A stretch of DNA of 64,000 nt from NCBI GenBank assembly GCA_030141605.1, contig JAQGDQ010000007.1, forward strand, positions 355,414 through 419,413, in the 5' to 3' direction. Position 1 is the stretch's first letter, and each line of letters begins with the position of its first letter. Source of the stretch: Tubiluchus corallicola. Taxonomy: Eukaryota > Animalia > Priapulida. The position numbers and the translations under genes are program-made. The notes beneath the pieces were generated by a model, which searched no databases, was not told the origin of the DNA, and worked only from the letters and a program-made list of their open reading frames with translations. Shown piece after piece: positions 36,701 to 48,400 of the stretch.

Positions 36701-38297
36701 TAAAAAAAAATAGATAGCTAATTTGTGATATTTTTGCGTGAACATATTACACGTAAATAGCAACATACGTGTCATTTGATCAATAATATAGCTGTACGAA
36801 TTTAAAATTAATGCAATAATTCAAAAAAATATTTCTAGTTAACATTTTTAGAACGTTGTTACGCTGCACGATGAAGTTCTGCATGATAGAATTCACCTAT
36901 TTAAAAACTTTAGAAGTAACAAGTTAATTTGTTGCACTTTTGATTTTTTGCTGAGAACAATGGATTGTTTGCTGTGCACTTTTGAGCTTGAAAAGGTGTA
37001 GATGAAATTTTCTAAATTGTACTAATTGTCTAAATTCAACATTAACAAAAAAGAAACAGCTAGTTATTGGTAAGAATGACCAGAAGTTTCAAGCAAGCAG
37101 AAAGAAATTAATCTGTAAAAATACAAATGAAATTCATAAAATATTTAATTTATATGAACTACAATTGATTTTTGCCCTTGGAAAGAATCTTTTTCTTTTA
37201 TATTAGTTTCTATGGAAGGCTTGGTTTCATTTAACAACGTTTTGCTTAACATCGAGTTTTGCTTACAGTGAACCACTTAGCATTGTTAAGCGAGAACTTA
37301 CTGCATTATGAAAACGTCAGGTTTTTATCATAAAACTTTCTTTTGCAGACCTTCAATGATTAGTGCCGGCTGTAGTAATCAAGTCATATCAGCCATTATG
37401 TCAAGCGTTATAGAACTTGGCTTACTAGCAGAACACGTACAGCAGTTGAGGGAAGAATACACGGTCAAGATGAAACTTGCTATAGAATTACTGAAAAACG
37501 AGTTGCCAGATGGGGCTACTATAACCGAACCAGATGGTGGTTACTTCATTTGGATCACATTACCATTTTCTGATCGCAGCACTAAGAATATTAGAGTTCT
37601 GGCAAAGTCAAAATTTAACGTCTTTTTTGCTTGTGGCGCAGAGTAAGTCATTTTTCTGTAGAAAGGTGACACGGAAATGATTTTATTATTTACTTATCGA
37701 CCATAGGTACCCATTTTCCGCTGTTTTTCTAAACATAATAGTATTTAAATGTTAAAATGTTCTTAATGCCAGCATACCAATTTGTGACTTGTTAGTTGCT
37801 ACCGCATCTACTGCAGCCAAATTGCAAACTGTTGATGATTCTTAATTACCGAAAATTTGTGCAAAAAGTGGTACAGTCTCAAACAGCTATTATTTATAAA
37901 GCATAATAGGACAGCCCTGAGGAAAATACTAACATCTTTTTATTAGAAACATTTAGACTGTCCCCTGTGTGGATTTGTGTAATATGAATTTTTCACTTTT
38001 TGGGCTATTTTGTCTGAGGATTAATGCAATTGACTTTTGAAATGCTGTAGTCTAGAAGTATGTAGGCGTTTACACTATCATTGGTGATTTTGTTTTTTTG
38101 TGAAGACACAGGTTATCGAGAAACAGCCCACAATGTTCTATATGTTGTTTTTCAGCTTCACACTGCAGCCGGAAGGAACTTCCGCGCTAAAATTTGACAA
38201 CTGCATACGAGTCTGTATAAGTCATTACCCCAAGGATCGTCTGCTGGAGGGACTGCACCGAATGTGTAACGCCATCAAAGCCTTTACAAAGCCCTAA
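24603..38297 (+). CDS. PLP-dependent aminotransferase class I/II (2-aminoadipate transaminase/YER152C/MocR-like), 8 coding exons, 418 aa
   Basis: Exons 24603-24746, 26283-26398, 27493-27647, 28705-28863, 34399-34522, 36094-36216, 37349-37642 and 38156-38297 (1257 nt) join in frame. Motifs: LSIGAP, FQYGP..G, TGATNG, VEDPTYF, YLVPTFNNPTG, ADDVY, GTFSK (PLP lysine)..GMRLGW, PDGGYFIW, IRVCIS. Confidence 0.93.
25108..25625. repeat. 42-bp minisatellite, diverged units with a 210-bp (5-unit) higher-order period
   Basis: Units GCTTCCAtAGAGtTACTgtcATTTAtACTAGTGTTTCATcAA; the variant AGAGCTACTATAATTTGTATTAG occurs in the units starting at 25171 and 25381. Confidence 0.88.
25692..26177. repeat. 41-42-bp minisatellite in a near-identical 125-bp trimeric higher-order repeat
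   Basis: AGGATTACCGTGATTGCCCAAGTACTTCA recurs at 25692, 25817, 25942 and 26067. Confidence 0.95.
26283..26398 (+). CDS. Aminotransferase exon
   Basis: ttatag|AAG...ACAG|gtatgt; KRELQEGNMFQYGPVRGDFYFRDNLAKFL. Confidence 0.9.
27493..27647 (+). CDS. Aminotransferase exon
   Basis: ttatag|G...GGAG|gtaaca; LYVNTGATNGL...VEDPTYFVA. Confidence 0.92.
28705..28863 (+). CDS. Aminotransferase exon
   Basis: tttcag|TT...CCAG|gtaagc; MLYLVPTFNNPTGISYTP. Confidence 0.92.
29052..29259. mobile_element. Short MITE with TTAA target (Kolobok-like ends)
   Basis: TTAA-AGTGGCATTTATGTAGCA ... TGCTACATAAAGGCCAC-TTAA. Confidence 0.7.
29799..30519 (-). mobile_element. Non-autonomous pogo/Tigger-like (Tc1/mariner) element, 721 bp
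   Basis: TA TSD; TIRs CCGTATTTCTTCGAGTATAATGCGC / GCGTGTTATATTCGAATAAATACGG; minus-strand transposase C-terminal relic TDDKLTQEEWEQLFGVSDDESDFEGF* at 30017-30097. Confidence 0.85.
32205..32972 (-). mobile_element. 3' end of a Crack/L2-group LINE (ORF2 C-terminus, 3'UTR, stem-loop, (TTA)n tail)
   Basis: Minus strand LQTLKHNGTVLWNTLSDDLKQSTSIYHLSKLYKCQLLQTYY*; stem-loop AAGGGCAGC..GCTGCCCTT at 32298-32340; (AAT)n at 32205-32233 on +. Confidence 0.75.
32826..33117. repeat. 292-bp near-perfect palindrome (fold-back inverted duplication)
   Basis: 32826-32965 is the exact reverse complement of 32978-33117 (140 bp); the centre AGTTTGTAAACC pairs further with one mismatch. Confidence 0.97.
34399..34522 (+). 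CDS. Aminotransferase exon
   Basis: tttcag|AT...GTAG|gtaagt; LIRIARKYDVLLFADDVYNIL. Confidence 0.92.
35795..35930 (-). mobile_element. Possible tRNA-derived SINE remnant
   Basis: Minus strand starts TAGCCGAGTGGTTA (A-box-like); no intact B box. Confidence 0.35.
36094..36216 (+). CDS. Aminotransferase exon with PLP-binding lysine
   Basis: ttttag|A...CATT|gtgagt; VVSNGTFSKITGGGMRLGW. Confidence 0.92.
37011..37305 (+). repeat. Dispersed repeat, copy 2 (related to 184-480)
   Basis: Shared core GTTTCAAGCAAGCAGAAAGAAATTAATC and colinear flanks. Confidence 0.7.
37349..37642 (+). CDS. Aminotransferase exon
   Basis: ttgcag|A...CAGA|gtaagt; EPDGGYFIWITLP. Confidence 0.92.
38156..38297 (+). CDS. Aminotransferase terminal coding exon
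   Basis: tttcag|C...TAA; FDNCIRVCISHYPKDRLLEGL. Confidence 0.9.
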
Positions 38298-38453
38298 TCT
38301 TAGTGCAGTTTCTCACTGTTAATATGGTTTCAGTGGCAACACGAAGTCTTTATGTTTATGAATGGCCTCAGGCATGGTGTAGCCTACCAATTCCATTAAA
38401 CCTGCCTCTCGCAAAAAAGGACTATTATTACCTCTTGTGTTGTGAAATTCATT

Positions 38454-38459
38454 ATTAAA
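38454..38459 (+). terminator. Candidate aminotransferase polyadenylation signal
   Basis: ATTAAA followed by GT-rich TTTTGTGTGTTTTG; another ATTAAA at 38395. Confidence 0.45.
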
Positions 38460-39327
38460 GTTTTACTTTTGTGTGTTTTGTTAGACGCTCGTTTTTTAGT
38501 CATTTAACTGACATATGGTAGACCTATTTGTCAGAGTATGTGCATGTGCGTGATATACAAATTACTGAACTTGAACACAATTATTATTATTACAATATTA
38601 ATAATAACAATCATCAACGACCAGTTGAAGTTCCATGAAATTCCATGTAGCCAAAATGATATTGTTTTTCATTTGATTTTCAATAAGCCAATCATTACAC
38701 AGATTTTTACTTCTGAAAATTCAGGCCCGGATTAAGACTTCAAGAGGCCCTTTATAAGCACTAAAAAGATTGTGGTACTCCCATATATGGGTAATTCAGA
38801 ATAAAAACAATGTTAAATTGTGAAGTGAAATTTATCTTTCGAAGTAAAAAAAACTTGTAGTAACATTTATGTACAGTAATATGCTAGGGCATCAGCTTTG
38901 CATTACATAAAATGTGATATTAGTTTAAAAATGGAGAAAAATGTAGTTAACTTGTTAAACTAACTTTTGTTTGTTGTTGCTGTTGTATAAGATGTTCCAT
39001 GCATAGATTCTTAGTTAAACCATCCTAAGCAGTTACTCGTTTTAAGTTTTCAAATCACTGTAATAGTAATCAAACTTAACTAATTCCATTTGGGTTCAAA
39101 ATAACACCTGTGATTTTAGTCATGACGGTTGACCCAAGAGTTGACGTGCCAATTGTTAAGTTTCTTCTTACTATAATTGGTCGGACAGGGTTAGCTTTGT
39201 GGTTTTATTTGGCTATATTATTGTTGTGAAGTATAAGCATACTTTCAAATCTTCTACAAAAATCATTTTTTATTGATTATTTTTGTAATCTTAATTTTTA
39301 GCATTAATGCCAATGGCAGAGCAAATC

Positions 39328-39575
39328 AGGTGGTGTTAATAGTTGGAATTTGTACTATAAACTTACATGAAAGACAGGAAGTGTAAAAATGTTGAAACAC
39401 ACCCTGGATTTGAACCAGGGATCTCGAACGTACAAGACGTGGAGGTGGTGTTAATAGTTGGATTTTTTACTGTAAATTTACATGAAAGACAGGAAGTGTA
39501 AAAAAGTTGAAACACTCCCGAATTTGAACCAAAATCTCGAACTTACGAGACATGTAATTATCGCTAGATCACCGT
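39328..39575 (-). mobile_element. tRNA-derived SINE-like head, tandemly duplicated (115-bp period)
   Basis: AGGTGGTGTTAATAGTTGGA at 39328 and 39443; minus-strand B boxes GGTTCAAATCC and GGTTCAAATTC; A-box-like GGTGATCTAGCG. Confidence 0.6.
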
Positions 39576-42322
39576 ATCCCTTGATCATCATAGGATCATT
39601 AATCATTCTTTATAATATTATTTGAAATTATGTGGTTTTATTTTGGGGACATTTTTTCGATTAGTTATAGTAGTACTTAAATATGCTGGCTGATAAGAGA
39701 GGTCTAGAAGTCTTCGTTAATGTTGAGAACATTAATGCTATTTTTTGCTGTGATGCACATAAATGACTACATTTAGGTCTGAATAAATGGTTATCATCGT
39801 CAGAGTTGCAACTAATGTGTTTTGCTTTTTGATGCTGTATCTAAATAATTCTACTAGTGCATGTGTGTATTTTTGAATTCTAAATGTTTGACGACCTTCC
39901 AAGTTCATTTTTGAGCGATTTTCACTCAGATATGGAAACCCAGAGAAACTAAAAAATGTGCTATTATAGAAAGATTTGCATAATTGTTGTGCACTCTCTA
40001 TACAATGTACTTTACTGCATCAGATTAACATAAAATGTAAAACATTATATAGATAACAGGTGATAGGAATTACTGAATGTTATTTTGGCACAAGGAAAGG
40101 AAAAACCAAAACTAATGAAGATTAAGTGGAAACAAGTTAATATAGGTCAAATTAAATGCAATCACTCTATCAGATGCAGAAGATGCTGGATATTTCTTCA
40201 AGAGCATACTAAAAATGCATTTGTATTTGATATTGTGCCCTGCAAGTGTCAGTTTGCATATGTGAGAAACGAATCAGAAATCTAAAGGTTTGATCCAACT
40301 GGCTCTTGAAACCCCATCTGCACTTCACACGTTCCAGGGATACGCTGCTAGAGATGCTAATCTTTCTTGAACAATCACTGATTTACAGGAAATATGATTG
40401 GTAAATACAATAATATTGGGAATACCAAAAAATAAATAGCGGCTGTTGATCTAAAAAGACTACGTTGCATATTTTTGTGATTATGTTGAGCTCTTATGTG
40501 ATTATGATTTGCCAGTTATTAAATTTTTGAGTAATGCACAGTGTTGTTTAGTTTAGTTTAGTTTAATAGTAGTAAGTCTTGCATTCAAACACTTGAAGAG
40601 TGGATGGATTTAATGGATAAGGTCGATGTAGCTGCATTTCGTGGCATTATTGGCACTTCCTTTTGGTTGTTCGCGTATCATAATAAACTTTTTTGATAAC
40701 TTCTTGGTGTTAGCAACCGTTACTGACAAGTGTCAACAACTTTGTCTGTATAAATACAATTTAGCAAGAATACTGACATGTTAGAAAACTGAGCCTTAAT
40801 TATGTAACACCATAATGTGATTATGTGTGTTAATTACCTCAGCTAATACTCCATATACTATGATCCTCCATCACCGTCTACTCCACACCAGACCTGTTAT
40901 TCATCGAGAGTTCAGTTTCAAAAGCAAACATTAGTAAGGAAACTAATCTAAAAGCAGTAAAACCACTAGTTTGCCATCATTTCCTTGGCTTGCTAGCAGG
41001 GCAACTTTCTCTAAGAAATACTGAATTTTGTTGAAGCAGGAACTTCACTTGCTGTAATTGACTGTGGAACCATTTGCTTTGCAATGCAAATCATAGTATT
41101 GGCGATTTATTGTAATGGTGCCAACTATGCGTATAGTAGCTCTGAGTGTTCTGCACACGCTTCCTCTTCTCTTTCTAAAATAAAGCTTTTGCAGTCAGTA
41201 GAACCCAATCTTCATGACAGAGTTTGACACATTCCATGCTGCAATGATTTTGCAAGCAATTTGCATAAATTGATAAAGTTATTGCTTAATTTTGTTTAAA
41301 ATAGTAGGACGTACCTCACTCACATTCAAAACTTTTTTCTTTGACATGTTCAGACGTTTTCTATTTTTTCCATTGAAAACTGGTTTTATATTAAAAAGTC
41401 TAAATTCTCCTCATTTGCTAGAACAAATTTGCCTCGGTAGTGAATAACAGTAAGCTCATCATTCAGTGAAGTTCTGTTATCTACAGTGAAGACAAAACTT
41501 ACCTGCTTTCAGTGCTTTCGTAATTTATTATTGGTAAAGTCCTATAAAGGGTAAGGTGTGATATTTTTTATGATAGATCTTCAATGTAATGGTCACAAGA
41601 AAGAACCGAAATCACATGCGACACTGCTGCTCTCAAAACAATTTACGGCAGAGCAGTCGTCTGTTTTGCTGTTGTCTTCTTCTTGTTGCCATTCGTTAAA
41701 ATTATCGTCGTTTTAAGTTTAATGTGAAAATCATACTAGGAATAGCTTAAATATCTTTGTATTGGGGATCGTAAGACTCAGCATGAGTCAAGGCAAACTT
41801 TTTAAGCTTTTTTAAAAAAATGACTATTGCGAGTTGTGAGCCTATCTCCAAATGTCGGGACATGCGTTTAAATCAAGATACAGAGCTCTGTTTAATTCAT
41901 TTAAACAGTTTAATGATCGATGTATAAATCATCGATGTTTTGTAGAACAAGCGAAAAATACACAATAAAGTTATATGCACATACGTTAGAAGCAAGAAAA
42001 AGTCAGGTTTAAAGATGTTTCATACATGTTTCTTCTTTGGTATATTGATTGACAAGTTTTAATTCGTGGTTACTAGCAAAAATTCGGGATAAGTGTGAAG
42101 TTCACAAAAGTATAAAAAATGTGGTGTTTTTTGCATGCAGGCTACATCCATTATGTGTATAAACCCAAAAAATTTGTTTTAGTGCTTCAATAAATACATG
42201 GTCTATGGCTGGTGAATAAGACAGTGGATGTTGTGACCGTGGACTCAGACCTAGAAAAATTATTCTCTACCAAAGGGACAAAATTCTCTAACAATCTTTA
42301 ACAACAAACTGCTTTAGCAGTG

Positions 42323-42386
42323 ATGGTTTGTAACCTGTACATTGCAGCAGTGTTTATTGGTTTGACATTTGATTCCACCATTAAAG
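42323..42386 (+). CDS. Putative signal-peptide exon of WSC gene
   Basis: [22 protein letters not shown]; AAAG|gtaagt phase-1 donor compatible with the next exon. Confidence 0.55.
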
Positions 42387-45324
42387 GTAAGTAATTTTTA
42401 TCTTACATACCTTTTAGTACCTGGTTATGTAGGTATTAATTTAGATGCGACAACTAACAGCTGTCAAAGTGAGATACTAGTTTAATTATTCTGAGTTATG
42501 AGAAGAGTCGTGGCAGGTAGTGTTACTATCCTGGATTGTTTCAGCCGATAATTTCTGTTATTAATGTACTTTTTCAGCAAGCAATCTGGGATCTCTTATC
42601 AAAAAATGTACTTACAGTTCACATGATTAATTGCATTTCGAAGCAGGAAATGAAGAAAATTTACTTAAATTTACTGTTTCCCCAACGGTTGAAATGTTTT
42701 TTATCATTGCTTTTTATTTAAAGCATAATAGACTTCACAGTTTTATTTTAAATGAAGCAGGATGATTTTCATATACTACTGTAACATGATGGAATTTTGG
42801 TCTGAGGACTTCAAACAAAATATGTAAATTGTTTAAACCCTACGGAGATCATTACCTGATTAATTGTTAATAGGCAGTTTAGTGATTACTGGATATAACC
42901 TCAATGTCCAATCACCAAATGTAAATTAACTCCAAACTGTAAATAATTACTATACAGAAATCAACACTTTTGTAGGTTTATTGAAATTAAAGCTGCATTC
43001 ACATCATAAAATTTTCAACAAGTTCAACTTTCAAGTTCAACAACAGTCTTTGAAAATTGGGCTAACTGTTTGTTTCTTTGTAAAATAGTTTTTGCCATTT
43101 GATCACAGACTGTAAGACTTTTGGAAAAATGTGAACGAGGATGGCATCAGGCTCACGAAAGCCTCCATGGTCAAAATACATGTAGAACTCAAAGAGTTTC
43201 TACACAATGCCAGTGGTATTGTTTCTGTATTGAAGATAGAAATTATTCACGGTTTTTCTTCTAGTTGCACTTATATAGGCTGTCAAACTGTTTGTGGTGG
43301 GCTAGGTTCTAATGTACTTTATCGGGTTTGCGCTAACATTATTAATTTACTGGCGTAATGTTAGTCATTTCCAAACTCAAAATATAGTTTAGCGCTTGTC
43401 TAGCAGCTTAAATTATTTTTCACTGCCTGTGGAGGACATGGTAACTGCTACTACACCAAAAATATACAAATATTTATCGTATATATTAATTTCGCTGGTA
43501 TGTTATACATGTTTTTGTATGTATATAAGATTCGAGGCTACAGCTCCAACGACGTCACCATTTGTGGCGATCTACATATCAAAGGAAAGGTCTCGATCTA
43601 GTGTGGTCTCATTGGGGGCTTATTTTTCGATTCGGGCCCACCGGGCCGAACAGGGGGCAAAAACCTCCAAAAATGGCCATTTTCGCCCATTTTTCCAAAA
43701 CTTATAGCTCTTATTTCTGGAGAATGGAATTGGGCTTGGGGTGATGCGGGCTATGAATAGAGAGCCTGTTCAACGGTGGGTGTATTAGGCGTATTTAGAA
43801 TTCGCGGGGGGGGGGGCACGGCACCCCACAACGGGCGTTTTCCTGGACCCGCCTCACAATTTTTTCGAAATTTTATTCAAACAACCTATAGAAAAACATA
43901 CTAGCGACGCCTTGTGGGACTCTCGGAAGGAGATGCATGGCACTTTAGAAAGAGGAAGAACAGGACTACACGATGATGTGGGCTATATTTTAGGTCAGGT
44001 CCACCAAGAGGAGTGATGACGAGTTAATTAGATGTTCCATTTTTGGCAATTTTTGCTTGGAAAACTGCTGATGCAAAGCTATTATTCTGACGTCATTCAT
44101 TATACTCTGTCTGTAACCTTATAACTTTAATTCAGTAAAAGCTGCTACTGGCTTTGCATTGTAAATGAGGACTTTGTAGGATGTTCGCATATTATTGATT
44201 ATGTAGGATGTTCGCATATTATTGATTATAAGTGTATTTATACTCAAATTTTTTTGGAATGTTTTGTTTTAAAGTTCAAGACTATGGGTGTTTGAGGTTT
44301 TGGGACAGAATTGAGTTTCGGGTTGGGATCAGTGGTTCTGGAACTAGGTTCCGGACTGAATGTTCGGGAAGGGGTGTTCAGGGTTGGACATAAATTCTGG
44401 ATTGAGGTTCGGGTCGGGATGATCATAATGACCCTGATCCTAAACACTCTTATCAAGGCAATGTAGTTAACTCTGATTCTGACGTACGACTTTTCAGGTT
44501 TTTTGAGAAAACGCTCCTTTTGGTGGCATTTTGATTATTACTGAGTATATTTCTAATGAGTAACATTTGACATTTGTGAAGTCAAAGTGACAGCCTAATA
44601 ATTAAGGTTTGCTCCTGGGTGTACACCGAAATTGTGCTCATTACCAACCCCCCACTAATGATAATTTATCCAGTATTGCACTGCAGTTTAGTTCAAATGG
44701 GATTTTCGTGTTCACAGAGTACGGAGTCTGGGTCCCGGTCTTTTTTCTGTTTGGACATTTAGTTATTGTTTCTGTTTTATACTTAATGAACTAATACCCA
44801 AGGCCTTCAACAATTAGAATTACTATTGAAGGACCCTTTTGATTGCTTTATTTGAGTCTATTAGAGCCTATTAGACAGATTTTTTCAAATTGTGCCAAAG
44901 GGGATACGACGAACGCTCATTCAGAGGTAATTATGATGAATTAATGAATGTTTAGCATGCATGAAGTTTCTTGATACCGTGAAGGCATTCAGTCTGTCTT
45001 CATATTATCATGATGCATAAAACTGTGCATAAACAGCAAGTCATTAACTACTATGACTTAATAAAACATTCATATAGCCTTTTAATTTTTAGTAAATCAT
45101 TATGGTTAATAGTGGACCCTAATATAATCAACATATAGTGCATTGTTAGAGTGTGTAACAACAATTTGTGATTGTTTGACTAATAACAAAAATATTATGT
45201 CAATCGCTTACAAACAGTCAATTGAATGAATCTGTTAACATACTGAAAAGGAATTATCTGTGCATAAGAAAACTGTTTACTGATAATGCATGTTTATTTA
45301 GCATAACACAAGCGAGAGAGAGAA

Positions 45325-45413
<89 letters not shown>

Positions 45414-48400
45414 AAGACAGGTGAAAGAGAAATGAGGAGAGAAATAGAGAATGAAAGAATGACATTCATAGAGAAACACTTCAACCATGCATGACAGAAA
45501 TGAACAAGCGTAACAAGTTATTCAACTATTCGTCAATTATTAACAAAATTCAATTATTCATCAACTGTGAATAACATTCGGTTATTCGTTGACTGTGAAT
45601 AAGATTCAGTTATTCGTCAACTGTGAATAAGATTAAGTTATTCATCTACTGTGAAGAAGATTCAGTTCTGACTGAGTTATTGACTGTCATTCATCAACAG
45701 TGAATAAGATTGCTTATTGTGATGGAGTAAATCTACAGGTTTTCGCCACCCTGGTAGTTTGTGAAGATATGTCCATCTGCTGATTGTTACCTTCTGTGGT
45801 TTTTGTTGTTTGCTTCTGCTTTGACTACTTACCTAAAGTCCTAACTATAATAATGCAAAACTTAATTTCTTGCTGTACTTATGTCATTGTGATCAGTGGT
45901 GAAGTTGTATTAAATTTATTATTGCTTTTTCTATTTGTCATCTTCAGACTAAACAAAAAATTATGGTATTTTAGAATGTATGAAAAGTGGTTTTATGATG
46001 CATGTGGATTTGGATGCAGATGCATTTTCCATCTGTGGAACAGCCTGCTGAAAAAATCAATAGGAACAGCGGCAAAAAAAGAATAACGCATAAGCGGGTA
46101 CATTGAAAGCAGTATAAACTGATTTTATCTAGTCCGCACCCCCAAAATGTCTTAAGAAAGAAATTGTGGCAGTTTCTAACAAACGGGGGAGGGGGGGGTG
46201 CTCGTTAGCTAGTTAGGGTTGTTGCAACAACTGTCTGAATGTTTACTACCTTGCTGGTTTTCAGGTGCGAATATTACAGAACGTTTTGACTATGTTGGTT
46301 GTTTTGCCGGCGAGATCAGTATAACAAGTGCCACGATTGACAGACAAGAAGCTGGTGATCCACAGGAATGCCTCATCAGCTGTGAAAATGAAGGATTTCC
46401 ATTTGTCAGTGTAGCTCACAATCCGTTTGATCCGGCTGCGGCATATATTTGTGCCTGTGGCAATTCATATGGAAGATATGGCACGTACAGCTCTTGTCCT
46501 GCTTGCCCACAGGTTCCTGACTGGATGTTTTGTGGAAGTACTCAAGTTCCATCAAGTTCTATATATGATACTCGTGGTGAGTATTCCAATATTTTATTAT
46601 TTTCAAGTTTTAAAATTTAAGGATGTAGCTTTCATCTTGTAGCTACTAACTTATGATGTGTGAAATTCATTCAACAGGTAAAATGAACAAAATATACACA
46701 ACAAATAATGTGTATGCTCTGATATTTGCAGTTCTGGATATTTGGGATGCAACCACTGTGCTTATTTTTGTTCACCATTGCATCCGGGATATAAATATTT
46801 TCCCGACTATACAACTTTCAATCGTCTTTTTCTACAGGTGCGGCTATAATGAAGAGTCAAACTTTTTGTTTTTGCAGTTTGGAGCGAAGAACCTTATGAG
46901 TATTTAGGATGCTGGTCGCTTAAAAACAATCCAACTGTTCAGCATTCATTCCAGAATGTGATCAATGCTTATGAATGCGTTTATAAGTGCAGGCAGCAAA
47001 CCATTTTAGATTTCGTAGGATATTTTGCTTACGTGGAGATGACAGGAACGTCCGGTACATGTCACTGTGATATTGCATTTGGGCAATGGTGGCAACTTTA
47101 TAGCAATGCATCGGCCTGTTTCAATTGTTCCGGTGAAAATACTGGGTTGTGTGGTAATACCAATGAAAAGAATTTCGCCTTCTATGATGCCGGAGGTAAA
47201 TAATGTTATCTACGGTTCTTTTTGACCATACAGTGAATTCTGATACATGAAGGCCTCTTTCACAGAAATAGTACCAATTCAATACTTTAAGGGCAAGGTG
47301 TACAGTTAAATATTCGACAAATGGTCAATACTAATGTAAAACTGCACTTATAAAATTCACTTCAGGACATTTGGATTCTTTGAGAAAATGATATGTATTA
47401 GTAAATATGCATAGTTGATTGAAATGTTACTGTCTTGAGGACCATGAACTAATGTGCGTGTACTTATTTACATTATTGACAAGTATGTTAGCTAGTGATG
47501 ACAGCATTCAGCAGCATCTAGCATCAACGAACTGTATAATGTAGTGAATCCTGAGGGCTGAAGATTTATAGTAATTTTCAATGCAGTTCTACTGTAAGGG
47601 GGCATCTATCATTTATTTACTGTGTTAATATGCTTGTGTTTCTTGGCAGACATAAAGCCACACTGGTTAACCGAGTGGCTTGTGACTGTCTGGCCTCGAT
47701 ACGTATTCTGGGCAGTTTCGGTTACTTGTTCCGACTGTTTACATTGTTGAAGAAGGATGTTTGTACATCCAAAAGTGACTATAGACAAACCTTGTTGTAC
47801 CGCTCCTCGTTATACTGCAAAACTTGGTTACCACCTGCAAAATGGCCAGGACAAAATGGCTGTATTCAACTGTATATAAAAATAGTCTGTTATCCTGCTA
47901 CCTGCCATCTGCCAGGCAAATTAATATATGTTAAATGTGAAATTGAGAACTGTCACCAATATACACTTGTCTGACTGTTTTGTGATTTGTCGCTGGCAAA
48001 ATTTAACACAGCTCGTTGTAACACCAAAGTCGCTATAATGCCAACTTTTCTTGTCCAAAAGTGGGCGGCAGTATAAAGAGGTTTGATGGTAATATTGCTC
48101 TCGTTGCTCAATGGTTTACCTTAGTGAGTTAAAACTGCGTAAGATCGAATAATTTTGCGTAATCATGCTAAGGCCACCTATTAAAGCTAAAAGAAACAAT
48201 GGTATACAAATGTTGATCAATTGTAGAAAGTAGGACAGTTGTGCCACCTATAAGATTTAAATTCTTCCAGCATAGTGTTTTTAAAAATAAATTATCAGAT
48301 ACTCTTGATCTGAGGTTAGTAAGGGAATGTTTATGCTTTATAGCAGTTATTTTCAACCTTTTTTGAGCCACGGCACATTTTTTACATTTCCAAAATCCTC

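Noticed and set aside
39395-39575. Functional tRNA genes
   Set aside because: B box present but acceptor and D stems are not intact; treated as SINE-like
44285-44420. Interstitial telomeric repeat
   Set aside because: Only degenerate GGGTTN hexamers with no TTAGGG run; probably internal to a repeat element
45254-45488. SLSLSL and ERERER ORFs (also 55814-56143, 60924-61130) and the YIYIYI ORF at 19520
   Set aside because: Translations of microsatellites
47630-47974. 114-aa Cys-containing ORF as an additional WSC exon
   Set aside because: Lacks WSC cysteine spacing, and the phase-1 reading from the acceptor near 47648 hits a stop
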